DNA of 64,000 bases from Candidatus Latescibacterota bacterium (GTDB taxonomy: Bacteria > Latescibacterota > UBA2968 > UBA8231): positions 6,016,001 through 6,080,000 of the forward strand of contig OZ253462.1 of assembly GCA_965261395.1 (NCBI GenBank), in the 5' to 3' direction. The position numbers and the translations under genes were made by a program. Each line of letters opens with the position of its first letter. The stretch's first letter is position 1. Below, piece by piece: positions 9,409-18,558 of this stretch. The notes below the pieces were generated by a model. That model saw only the letters and a list, made by a program, of their open reading frames with translations. It made no database searches and had not been told where the DNA came from.

Positions 9409-12400
9409 GCTGTGCCAAGCTCTGCTGACTCTCGTTGCGGCCCTCTTGGGAGCGGCCTGTGAGCAGGGGCCGCCCGAGGAGTCCCCGTGGCCTCCCAAGG
9501 CGCGCTGGCACAACAATCAGGGCGTGGTTTACATGGATCAACACAACTACACGCGCGGCCGGGAGGAGTTTGCCCGCGCCCTCGCCTTGGCCCCAGACTA
9601 CGCTAGTGCGCAGGCCAATCTCGGCATTGCGTACTATGCCCTCGGCAAGTACGACAGCGCCGCCACGGCCCTGCAAGCCGCCATCGCCATCGACCCCGAT
9701 CTGCTCCACGCCAACTACGCGCTGGGCCTGATCTACAATGCCCAAGGCCGAGAGCACGACAAGGCGCTCGCCGCTCTACAAAAGGTCGCCGCCATCGACC
9801 GCGATGACCCTCACGTGCGCTACTATATGGGGCAAATGCGGGCCAAGCTAAACGAGGGCGAGGCCGCCCTCGCCGACTTCAAGGAGGCCATCCGCCTCGA
9901 CCCCTACAACGTGTCGGCGTACTATGGAATGGCCAATCTCTACCGGCGGCTCGGGCGCGAGGAGGAGTGGAAAAGCACCTTGGAGCACTTCAACCAGCTC
10001 AGCCAAGCCGGCCACCAAGGCGTTTCTTCTTCCTATCAGGGGCAGGGCAAATACGCCGAGGCCGTCGCCGATGCCGGTGGCGGCGATCTGAGCCGGGACG
10101 ATGTGGCCGGGCCTTTTGCATTCGCCGCGGCTGGCCCGGCAACCGGCCCGGTGCGCTTTGCCGCCTTGGGCGACTTTGACGCGGATGGCCGGCCGGATGT
10201 CTTGGCCGGAACCGAGGGCTTGCATCTATATGCTAGCGGCACAGCGGAAGTGCTCACTGCTCCGACGCTTCCCGACGGCTTTGGGGCGACTGGCGCGATC
10301 TCCGGCGACCTCGACAACGACGGGACCGCCGACTTGGTGCTCAGCGGCGCGGGCGGAACCCTGCTCTATCGAGCGGCCAACGGCCAATGGGCCGCCGGAG
10401 AAGACCTGTCCGCCGCCTCGACCCAAGTCGCGCTGGGGGATGCCGACCACGACGGCGACCTCGACCTGCTAGTGCTCGGCCCGCGCGTCTCGCTGCTGGC
10501 CAACGACGGCGAGGCCCGCTTCACCGCCACGGGCCAACCAGCCGGTCCGGCTGCGGCTGACCGCGCTGCATTTTCTGACCTCGACAACGACCGCGATGTG
10601 GATATGGTCCTCATCGCGGCTGAGAGCTTGCAAGTCCACACCAACAATCGCGACGGCACATTCTCGGAAATCGCCTCTGCCTTAGGTTTGGGGGCCGTGC
10701 AGGGTACGGACTTGGCCGTCGAGGACTTCAATCAAGACGGCTATATGGACTTGGCTATCGCGGCCAGCGGCACCGTAGAGACGCATATCAACCAAGCCGG
10801 CCGCGCCTTCGTCCGGGACGAGGCTCCGGTTGCGTCCGGCGGGCGGGCACTGCTTTCCGCCGACCTCGATAACGACGGCGACCTCGATCTGCTCGCCTGC
10901 GGAGACGAGCAACTGCAACCGCTGGCGTATAGCAGCGGCCAGTTCCAGCCGCAAACCCCACTCGACGAGCCGGGTGGGGCTGCGCTGATGGCCGATTTTA
11001 ACGGCGACGGCCGCGTGGATATTTGGGCGGGTGGTCGGGTGCTGCACAACCAAAGCGAGGGCGGGCACTGGATCGAGATCGCCGCCCAGGGACTTAACAG
11101 CAATCGCGACGGCGTCGGAGCCAAGGTGGAGGTGAAAACCACCCATCGCCTCCAGAAGCGCGAAATCCGCAGCGAGGGATACGCGGGCGTGCTCCACTTC
11201 GGCTTGGCGCAGAGCGACTCGGTCGAATTTATCCGCATCCTCTGGCCCGGAGGTGTGCGCCAGACCGAGTTGGCGACTGGGGCTGGACAGCGGCTGGAGC
11301 TGACCGAACTCGACCGCAAGGGCACCTCGTGCCCCATTCTCTACGCTTGGGACGGCGAGCGCTATCGCTTTGTCACCGACATTCTCGGGGGGGCCATTAT
11401 TGGCTATTTGACCGCCCCCGGTCAGTACTACCAGCCCGACACCGACGAGTACGTTCGCTTGGGGCCGTTGGCTCCCAAGGACGGCCACTACGTCTTGCAG
11501 CTAACCAATCAGCTAGAGGAAATCATTTACGTCGATGCCCTCGAACTTATTGCCGTCGATCATCCACCCGAGTTCGATATCTATCCCAACGAGCGCCTGC
11601 TTTCCGCGCCGCCCTATCCAGAGTTCAAGCTGTATCCCCTGCGAGGGCTGCGCCCGCCGGTAGCCGCCAAAGACCACCGGGGTGCAGACGTGTTGACCGT
11701 CCTGCAAGAGATCGACGATGAGTGGTATGACGGGTTTGGTCGGCTTGATATTCACGGCTATGCCGAAGACTATGCGCTAGAGTTGAACTTGGGCGACCTG
11801 TCCGAATTCGCCCATCCGGTCTTGCTCGGTTATGGGTGGGTTGACTACGCGCATTCGACCTCGAATTGGAGTGCTGCGCAGCGCGGTTTGTCGCTGTATC
11901 CGCCGCGTCTGTCCGTAGCCGATGGGGAGGGGGGATGGATCGAAGTCAGCGTGGATATGGGTTGCCCGGCGGGCCTGCCCAAACACGCGCTCTTCGACTT
12001 GGCGGGCCTGTTCCCGTCCGACGACTACCGGCTGCGGATCGAGACCAATACCGCGCTCTACTGGGACCAACTGCTCGTCGGCGACGCTGCGGATGTTCCC
12101 CTCGCGGTTCACCGCCTGCAACCGGCGCAAAGCGACCTCCACTGGCGTGGCTACCCGGCCCACACGGCTATCAAGGGTACCTTTGCCTTTCGCTATCACT
12201 ACGATCAATTGGCGTTAGAAGCGCCTTGGGGCACCCACGCCGGAGCCTTCACCCGCTTCGGCCCGGTGGGGGAACTGGTCGAGGGCATTGACGACCGCTT
12301 TGTCATCATGTTCCACGGCGATGAGCTGACCGTTGAATTCGCCGCCTTGCCGCCGCCGGCGGCTGGTCTGGTGCGCTCGTTCCTGCTGTACGCCGATGGC

Positions 12401-12574
12401 TTTGGCAAGGATATGGACCTGCATTCGGCGCACTCGCTAACGGTCGGGCCGCTGCCCTTTCACGGCATGTCCGGCTACCCGTACCCAGCGCGCGAACACT
12501 ACCCGCAAACTAGCGCGCACCTAGAGTACGTGCAGGAATACAACACGCGCTGGGTCAAGGGCTACTATGAATAA
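9389..12574 (+). CDS. TPR + FG-GAP/VCBS repeat + ASPIC/UnbV lipoprotein (CRTAC1-like)
   Basis: Lipobox LLGAAC, N-terminal TPRs, repeated GD(L/F)D.DG..DL motifs, NRDGVGAKVEV..LHFGL..IRILWPGG (UnbV), then an SCPILYAWDG domain. Start is uncertain. Confidence 0.85.
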   Translation: MPHISVKLCQALLTLVAALLGAACEQGPPEESPWPPKARWHNNQGVVYMDQHNYTRGREEFARALALAPDYASAQANLGIAYYALGKYDSAATALQAAIAIDPDLLHANYALGLIYNAQGREHDKALAALQKVAAIDRDDPHVRYYMGQMRAKLNEGEAALADFKEAIRLDPYNVSAYYGMANLYRRLGREEEWKSTLEHFNQLSQAGHQGVSSSYQGQGKYAEAVADAGGGDLSRDDVAGPFAFAAAGPATGPVRFAALGDFDADGRPDVLAGTEGLHLYASGTAEVLTAPTLPDGFGATGAISGDLDNDGTADLVLSGAGGTLLYRAANGQWAAGEDLSAASTQVALGDADHDGDLDLLVLGPRVSLLANDGEARFTATGQPAGPAAADRAAFSDLDNDRDVDMVLIAAESLQVHTNNRDGTFSEIASALGLGAVQGTDLAVEDFNQDGYMDLAIAASGTVETHINQAGRAFVRDEAPVASGGRALLSADLDNDGDLDLLACGDEQLQPLAYSSGQFQPQTPLDEPGGAALMADFNGDGRVDIWAGGRVLHNQSEGGHWIEIAAQGLNSNRDGVGAKVEVKTTHRLQKREIRSEGYAGVLHFGLAQSDSVEFIRILWPGGVRQTELATGAGQRLELTELDRKGTSCPILYAWDGERYRFVTDILGGAIIGYLTAPGQYYQPDTDEYVRLGPLAPKDGHYVLQLTNQLEEIIYVDALELIAVDHPPEFDIYPNERLLSAPPYPEFKLYPLRGLRPPVAAKDHRGADVLTVLQEIDDEWYDGFGRLDIHGYAEDYALELNLGDLSEFAHPVLLGYGWVDYAHSTSNWSAAQRGLSLYPPRLSVADGEGGWIEVSVDMGCPAGLPKHALFDLAGLFPSDDYRLRIETNTALYWDQLLVGDAADVPLAVHRLQPAQSDLHWRGYPAHTAIKGTFAFRYHYDQLALEAPWGTHAGAFTRFGPVGELVEGIDDRFVIMFHGDELTVEFAALPPPAAGLVRSFLLYADGFGKDMDLHSAHSLTVGPLPFHGMSGYPYPAREHYPQTSAHLEYVQEYNTRWVKGYYE

Positions 12575-14801
12575 AGAGCTTCTGGGCAGGGTAGTAGAAG
12601 GAGCGAAACGCGTGCCTAGCCTCTTACTGAGCAATGTGAATAAAGAGCTTCTGGGCAGGGTAATAGAAGGGGCAAAAGGCGCGATTACTCTCTCACTGCT
12701 CAAGAGGCTGCTGCTCTACACCGCTTGCTGCTTCGTCTTGTACGCCGTTGTCGGCGTGAGTAGCTATCTGATCTTCAACGACAACTTGCCCGACTTCGAC
12801 GCTTGGAGCTTCCAGCCCAAACGAGTCACCAACGTGTATTCGGCTGACGGCCGCCACTTGCAGGACTTCCTCGAGGAAAACCGCGAAATCGTCACCTATG
12901 AGGAAATCCCTGCGTCTATGCAGGCCGCTCTCCTCGCGGCTGAAGACCGGCGCTTCTTCTCTCATTGGGGTATCGATATATACCGCATCCCCGGATCGCT
13001 GCTGGCCAATCTCAAGGACCGGCGCCTCGTCGGCCAAGGGGCCAGCACGCTCACTCAGCAGCTCGCCCGCAATATCTTCGCCGAAGTTGGCACTCAGCGC
13101 AGCAGCGCTTCCTTTGCGGCTGTGGCGGCCACATACGCGCGCAAGATCCGCGAGCAGATTACCGCCGTCTTAATCGAGCGCCTGTACACCAAGCCCGAGA
13201 TAATGACTATGTACCTCAACACAGTCTATTTTGGCCACGGTGCCTACGGGATTAAGTCAGCGGCGCGCCTGTACTTTGACAGCGAAGTCGATCAGCTCGC
13301 GCTCGAAGAGAGCGCCTTGCTCACCGGGCTGCTCCCGGCCCCTAATAAATATACCCCCCTGCGCCACCCCGAACGCGCCCGCACGCAACGCAATCTGGTG
13401 CTGGCCAGCATGGCCGATAACGGCGCGATTACGCCCGCCGAGCGCGATTCCCTACGCAACGAACCCGTCGCCGCCCGCAGGGGTAGCCGCGAGGAGACGT
13501 ATGGCATAGCCCCGTACTTTGTCGAATACGTCCGCCAGCAGATGCAGCGCGAGTTTGGCATGGCAATCTATCGCGAGGGCTTTGTGGTCCACACTACGCT
13601 CGACTCGCGCTTGCAGCAGATCGCCGAAAAGCACTTTGCGGTTGAAATAGGCAAGGTGCAGAAAAAGGTGGATCAGTACCTAAAAGCCGTAGGTGCGTCC
13701 CGCAGCGTGCGCGACTCGGCTATAGTTCAAGCCGCCTTAGTGGCCATGGATCCGGCCACCGGCCACATCTTGGCCATGATTGGGGGCCGCGACTTCAGCC
13801 GCAGCAAATTCAACCGCGCCACCCAAGCCAAGCGGCAGCCTGGGTCCTCGTTCAAGCCCTTCGTGTACACGGCCGCCATCGACAACAACCGCTTTGCGGT
13901 GGACGTGCTCGACGACAATGCCTTCACGCTCTGGGACCACAGGCATAAGAAGTTCTGGGACCCCGAGAACTACGACAAAAAGTTCAAGGGGCCGATGACG
14001 CTGCGCGAAGGGCTGAAACGGTCGCGCAATCTCATCGCCATCAAGCTGGCCGACGAACTCGGCCCGGCCCTGATTCGGAGCTATGCCCGCAACATGGGCA
14101 TATCCACGCCCATCCAGGCCATTCCCTCCATCGGCGTCGGCACCAGTGAGGTGCTACTCCTCGACTTGGTGTCTGCGTACGGGGTCTTCCCCAACAGGGG
14201 TGTCTATGTGGAGCCTATGGCCATCAGCCGCTTGGAGAGCAAGGACGGCAACGTCTTTTTTACGCGGGAAAGCGGTCGCAAGCAGGAGGTGTTGCGTCCG
14301 GCCGTGGCCGTGATTGTCACGGACATGCTGCGCTCGGTCGTCGACGAGGTCGGCGGCACTGGACGCGGCATCCGCACGAAGTACGACTTCCGGTCTCAAG
14401 CAGCCGGCAAAACTGGCACGACCAACGACTACACGGATGCGTGGTTTCTCGGCTTTACGCCCCATCTCGTAGCTGGGGTCTGGGTCGGGATAGACGACCC
14501 CAGCTTGCGTCTCTGGCCGCGGCAAACCGGCTCTTCTGCGGCCCTGCCTTTGTGGGCGCGGTTTATGAAGGAGGCGTATGATACCGTGGAACCCTATCGC
14601 AGCCTGAGAAACCGCGGGTTCGAGGAACCAGAGGACCTCGTCGTGCGCCGCGCGGTCTGCAACGAGTCCAACAAGATCGCGACCCGCTTTTGTCCCGATC
14701 AGAAAGAGGAGATTTTCATCGCCGGCGAGGTATTGCGGAACACGTGCCCCCTGCACGGACGGCCCCAAGAGCAGGCCCCCGGGCACATCCAGAGGTTTTG
14801 A
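12567..14801 (+). CDS. Class A penicillin-binding protein (PBP1A family)
   Basis: Transglycosylase motifs EDRRFFSHWGID, GASTLTQQLARN and YLNTVYFG. Transpeptidase motifs SSFK, SRN and KTG. Confidence 0.93.
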   Translation: MNKELLGRVVEGAKRVPSLLLSNVNKELLGRVIEGAKGAITLSLLKRLLLYTACCFVLYAVVGVSSYLIFNDNLPDFDAWSFQPKRVTNVYSADGRHLQDFLEENREIVTYEEIPASMQAALLAAEDRRFFSHWGIDIYRIPGSLLANLKDRRLVGQGASTLTQQLARNIFAEVGTQRSSASFAAVAATYARKIREQITAVLIERLYTKPEIMTMYLNTVYFGHGAYGIKSAARLYFDSEVDQLALEESALLTGLLPAPNKYTPLRHPERARTQRNLVLASMADNGAITPAERDSLRNEPVAARRGSREETYGIAPYFVEYVRQQMQREFGMAIYREGFVVHTTLDSRLQQIAEKHFAVEIGKVQKKVDQYLKAVGASRSVRDSAIVQAALVAMDPATGHILAMIGGRDFSRSKFNRATQAKRQPGSSFKPFVYTAAIDNNRFAVDVLDDNAFTLWDHRHKKFWDPENYDKKFKGPMTLREGLKRSRNLIAIKLADELGPALIRSYARNMGISTPIQAIPSIGVGTSEVLLLDLVSAYGVFPNRGVYVEPMAISRLESKDGNVFFTRESGRKQEVLRPAVAVIVTDMLRSVVDEVGGTGRGIRTKYDFRSQAAGKTGTTNDYTDAWFLGFTPHLVAGVWVGIDDPSLRLWPRQTGSSAALPLWARFMKEAYDTVEPYRSLRNRGFEEPEDLVVRRAVCNESNKIATRFCPDQKEEIFIAGEVLRNTCPLHGRPQEQAPGHIQRF
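12568..12705 (+). repeat. Diverged 69-bp tandem duplication at the PBP1A 5' end
   Basis: TGAATAAAGAGCTTCTGGGCAGGGTA.. occurs at 12568 and 12637, encoding NKELLGRV(V/I)EGAK twice. Confidence 0.9.
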
Positions 14802-14804
14802 AGA

Positions 14805-16595
14805 TCACAAAACGAAGAAGATGTATAACAGCCCGCCGAGAATGCCGGCCGATAGGCCGCGCACGATGGCCTTGTTTTCTGGTTTGAGTACCGTTTGTTC
14901 GACCATGTCTCCCCCCCCTAAGACCCCTTCCAACCCCTTGGACACCGCGTCCACGCTGTAGGCTTGGACGCGGCGGTCCCAGCGCACGATGCGGTCGGCG
15001 GCCGTTTCAACTCTGAGAAAGAGGTCGCCATACGCCTCGCGCCGTAGCTCGTTACCCCAAGGGAGCAGCCGCCGGGGTGCCGGCGAATACACCACTCGCG
15101 CTCTGACTAGTCGATAGTAAAGCACGTCGGCCGACGCATCTTCCGGCTGGCGCACTAGCACCTGATAGCCTCGCCCCTGCAATGCCCCAATCAGGGCGTC
15201 CTCGACGACCCAATTGGCCTCGTTTTTTTGGTCTTCAGCCTGTAGGAAAAGCCGCGTGCCCGGGGATAGGGGCAGGGCATCCATTTGGTGGTTTAGGGCG
15301 AGGACAAAGGCTTGGTTGATTAGCTGTAAGTCCGTGGGTGTTTGCTTTTGGCCGCCTTGGGCTTGGGCCGTGCCTTTCCACACCACGCGGACCGTGTTCG
15401 CGCCGCGCAGGGGAATGAAGTGCTCTCGCCCCACGGGTTTACAGGCACTCTGCCAAGTAAAAGGCCCCGGACGCTGAGGCACAGCTTCGAGCGTCACCCG
15501 GATCGCAGCGCCCGCGTCCAAGCTATCCAAGCCGCTCACCAGCAGGCTGGGCGCGGCGTCCTCATCGCTTTGTATGAGAGCCGCGCCTGGTGGCCCTTCC
15601 ACCAAAGAGACATCCGAGAACGCCGGCGCAACTTGCAGGCGCAGGGCCGCGAGGCCGATGGGGTTGGCGCTTTCGTTGCGCCATATGCAGGTGATTGGCC
15701 CTCGCTTGCCCACCTCCATAAATCCAGGCCCCATCGCCATCATAAATCCAAGCTCCAATGCCATCACGGGTAGCGGATCCACCTGCAAGTGCTGGGTCGC
15801 CAAGTCCACTGGACTCTGGCCGGCGACCCGCCCAGTGATCGCCAATGGCAGGGGGCCGAGGTGGGTCGGAGCCACGCGCACCGTCCAAGAGAGCGTGTCG
15901 GCCTGTCCGGGGGCCAAGCTGCCCTCCCAGCGCTGCGGGGGGTCGCCCTCCGGCCAGCTCAGCTCCGGTGGCCAGCTCCAGCTCAGCTCTTCTAAGGGAG
16001 GCCCCGATGCGTCGGCAAAGCGCACAATCGCACGCAAGTCAAAGCGCTCGCCCTGATAGACTCGCTGCGGTTCAATCGACCAAGAAACAGCCGGCGGCGG
16101 GCGCACCGCTAGGTCGAATTCTATCTGATGGGCCGGAGCACCCTGTGGTTCAAGCGAGGAGTAGATCGCGGCGGACCAGCCGATTTTTCTCACCTCGGCG
16201 GCGACTAGGTCGATGTAGAGGGTATCGATATGTTCCCCGGCCAGGGGCCGCGCCGCGTAGTCTATGCCGACTGACGCCTCTTCTAGCTGCGCTTGGCCTA
16301 GTGCCGAACGGACGTTCTGCAACCGCGCGTTCCCGAGGCATCTTAGCTCCGCGCTCACTATGGCTTCGCCATCGCCGGGAAAGTAGTGCAAATAGAGGAT
16401 GGACTGCTGATCCAACGCTGGCCCGGCAATTGCCGGTTGGTCCAAACGCGCACTGAGCGTCGAGCGGGCACTCGCCGGCACCACTGCCGCCCACAGCGCG
16501 ACGACCACCCATATCCCGCGCCAATAACTGCCATAGTTGGCCGCGCCCTCTCCGCCCTGAAGCCCACACCTTCCTACTGTTCCTCGGGTTGTCAT
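14805..16595 (-). CDS. Hypothetical exported multi-domain protein with C-terminal membrane anchor
   Basis: Long ORF with a signal-like VVVALWAAVVPASA, beta-rich segments and a hydrophobic C-terminus (GILGGLLYIFFVL). Start uncertain (ATG 16595 or GTG 16508). Confidence 0.7.
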   Translation of the reverse strand: MTTRGTVGRCGLQGGEGAANYGSYWRGIWVVVALWAAVVPASARSTLSARLDQPAIAGPALDQQSILYLHYFPGDGEAIVSAELRCLGNARLQNVRSALGQAQLEEASVGIDYAARPLAGEHIDTLYIDLVAAEVRKIGWSAAIYSSLEPQGAPAHQIEFDLAVRPPPAVSWSIEPQRVYQGERFDLRAIVRFADASGPPLEELSWSWPPELSWPEGDPPQRWEGSLAPGQADTLSWTVRVAPTHLGPLPLAITGRVAGQSPVDLATQHLQVDPLPVMALELGFMMAMGPGFMEVGKRGPITCIWRNESANPIGLAALRLQVAPAFSDVSLVEGPPGAALIQSDEDAAPSLLVSGLDSLDAGAAIRVTLEAVPQRPGPFTWQSACKPVGREHFIPLRGANTVRVVWKGTAQAQGGQKQTPTDLQLINQAFVLALNHQMDALPLSPGTRLFLQAEDQKNEANWVVEDALIGALQGRGYQVLVRQPEDASADVLYYRLVRARVVYSPAPRRLLPWGNELRREAYGDLFLRVETAADRIVRWDRRVQAYSVDAVSKGLEGVLGGGDMVEQTVLKPENKAIVRGLSAGILGGLLYIFFVL

Positions 16596-16787
16596 TCGGT
16601 TCGTCCTTCGTCGCTGTTGCCGTGTGCTGGCCAAGCCTAACTCGATTTTTAACTGTAACTTACGTCCAATCCAAGCCTAATATACGACGAGGGTACTGTC
16701 AAGGTAGTTTAGCTCCTGCAAGCCCCGGTCCGCATCCGTAGAAAGGCTTGACTGAATCAGCGTGCTCCGATAGGTTGTACAAACCAG

Positions 16788-16979
16788 CGCGAGGGATGTT
16801 CGGCGCTTGGCCAATTCGTCCATACCGCGCTGTTTTCATCCGCGTTTTTCTTTGAGAGCTATACGAGTTTGGCTATCATCCTGTTGTGCATTGGCACCTT
16901 GTTCACCGTCGCGCATTTTACTGGGCGCACGGATTGGAACGCGGTGCGGCAGAAAAAGTTTCGCCTCTCTTCATGTTAG
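16788..16979 (+). pseudogene. Remnant resembling the C-terminus of a CreD-like inner membrane protein
   Basis: Start-less frame LGQFVHTALFSSAFFFESYTSLAIILLCIGTLFTVAHFTGRTDWNAV, ending in TAG 16977-16979. It resembles the 'QFVYLVLFSYAFFFEGYTGL..TLF..TGR.DW' tail I recall from CreD-like proteins. Confidence 0.4.
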
Positions 16980-17629
16980 ACTGGCTATTTCCCGCGCTCG
17001 TCGTGCTCAGTGCACTCGGCCTCGGCGCGTTGTGTGCGCCCATGGCCCTTGCCTTGCGCTGTCGGCGCGAGGGGCTCCCGGAGTCTTGGGAATGGGGTGT
17101 GCGGCTATCCTTTTTTTGGGGGGGGCTAGGGCTTGGTCTGCGGTGGCGCTCCAAGGGCCTTTGCATCGCGCCCGTGCTCTTGGGGCAATTCCTGCCGTAC
17201 CCCTACCTGCCGCTGCGGACCCAAGTGAAGCGGAGGCAAAGAGCACGGCGACAAGCTAAAAAAGAGGCCGCGCCCAAAGCCAGCGAGCGGAACCTGCGCT
17301 CGCTGGTGCGCTTGCTGATCAAGCCCAGCCGCAGGCTATTGGCGAGCCTGCCGCGCACCATGCAGCTCAAAAGGCTGCGGATCCAGGGCCGCTTGGGCTT
17401 TGCCGATCCGGCCCAAACCGGGCGGATATACGGCTATTTACAGGCGGTTGCCGCGGACAAGGGAAAGATACAAATAAACGTCAGCCCGGATTTCGTGCGC
17501 GCGGGGGCCTTTGGCCGCTTGGACTTGGTCGCTCATTTGAACTTGGGCTTGTTAATTTTGCTTTTGGGGCGCTTTGGCCCGCAGGTGGCATACCGCGTGT
17601 TGGCCGCGCGCTTCCGCACCGAAAATTAA
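16973..17629 (+). CDS. DUF2953-domain (YtfI-like) membrane protein
   Basis: N-terminal TM and a GRLGFADPAQTGRIYGYL..INVSPDF motif; lies upstream of a ytfJ-like gene. Confidence 0.7.
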   Translation: MLDWLFPALVVLSALGLGALCAPMALALRCRREGLPESWEWGVRLSFFWGGLGLGLRWRSKGLCIAPVLLGQFLPYPYLPLRTQVKRRQRARRQAKKEAAPKASERNLRSLVRLLIKPSRRLLASLPRTMQLKRLRIQGRLGFADPAQTGRIYGYLQAVAADKGKIQINVSPDFVRAGAFGRLDLVAHLNLGLLILLLGRFGPQVAYRVLAARFRTEN

Positions 17630-17655
17630 GCCCGATCTAAGCCGAGGAGCTTTTC

Positions 17656-18030
17656 ATGGCATCGTCCGTAGAATCCCTAGTCGAGCGCGTCCTAGGCGAG
17701 TTACATCGCATCGTGCAAACCGAAACCGTCATCGGGCAGCCGTTTCAGTCCGGCGACATAACCATTATTCCGGTATCGAAAATATCGTTTGGCTTTGGGG
17801 CCGGCGGAGGGCTGGAGGGCAAGGGGCAGAGCGGGACGGGCGGCGGCGCGAACATCGAACCCATCGCCTTCCTGATCGTCGATGCCGACGGCAGGGTACA
17901 GGTGGTGTCCATCGGCGAGCAGGATGCCGGTTGGGGTCAGATCATCGGGCTGGTGCCCGAGGCCATCGGCAAAATCAAGCAGTTCGTCAGCAAAAATAAA
18001 GATAAAGACGCCAAGGCCGAGTGCGACTGA
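17656..18030 (+). CDS. YtfJ/GerW family protein
   Basis: ETVIGQP..TIIPVSKISFGFGAGGG..GTGGGANIEPIAFLIV. Confidence 0.88.
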   Translation: MASSVESLVERVLGELHRIVQTETVIGQPFQSGDITIIPVSKISFGFGAGGGLEGKGQSGTGGGANIEPIAFLIVDADGRVQVVSIGEQDAGWGQIIGLVPEAIGKIKQFVSKNKDKDAKAECD

Positions 18031-18036
18031 GCCGCC

Positions 18037-18558
18037 TCAGTGGTGGTCTTGGCTGGTGGGGAACACCTTGAAGCGCCCGTCTAACAATAGGTGGGTGTAC
18101 CAACCGGCGATGCAGGCAATAAAGAAAACCACGTGCCCTTCCAGCAGAGCGTGGACGTTGTCCCAGGTAAATTCCCCCAGAAAAGCCTGCCGCGCTCGCC
18201 AGTACTCGTAGGTCGTGCCCAGCAACCCGACGGTGATGAATGGGCTGATTTTCCAGTGCGTCCAGCCTCGGTGGTGATCCAAAAGCGGTAGGACGCACAA
18301 GACGCCTACTATAGTCGCCAACTCGTAGTGCTCGGTCCAGCCCAGGTAGAGCAAGGTGCAGAAGACGCCGCGGAAAAACCACCGCTGCGCCACCGAAGCC
18401 GTGTCCAAGTCGGGAAAAAGGGAGAAGAATAGCGCGGTGCCGACAATGGCGACTTGAGTCGTCAGGTCATCGGGCGCGACATAGCCGGAGTAAACCGCGC
18501 CCGCCGCCACTCCGCTGCCCGCGACGGCTCCTCCCAAGACATGGCCTCTGAAGTTCAC
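18037..18558 (-). CDS. Membrane-bound metal-dependent hydrolase (YdjM-like)
   Basis: MNFRGH, LFPDLD, HRGWTH and GWYTHLLLD motifs. Confidence 0.82.
   Translation of the reverse strand: MNFRGHVLGGAVAGSGVAAGAVYSGYVAPDDLTTQVAIVGTALFFSLFPDLDTASVAQRWFFRGVFCTLLYLGWTEHYELATIVGVLCVLPLLDHHRGWTHWKISPFITVGLLGTTYEYWRARQAFLGEFTWDNVHALLEGHVVFFIACIAGWYTHLLLDGRFKVFPTSQDHH

Noticed and set aside
9136-9516. ORFs 9136-9462 (+) and 9241-9516 (-)
   Set aside because: They overlap the tRNA-Gly gene and are spurious translations.
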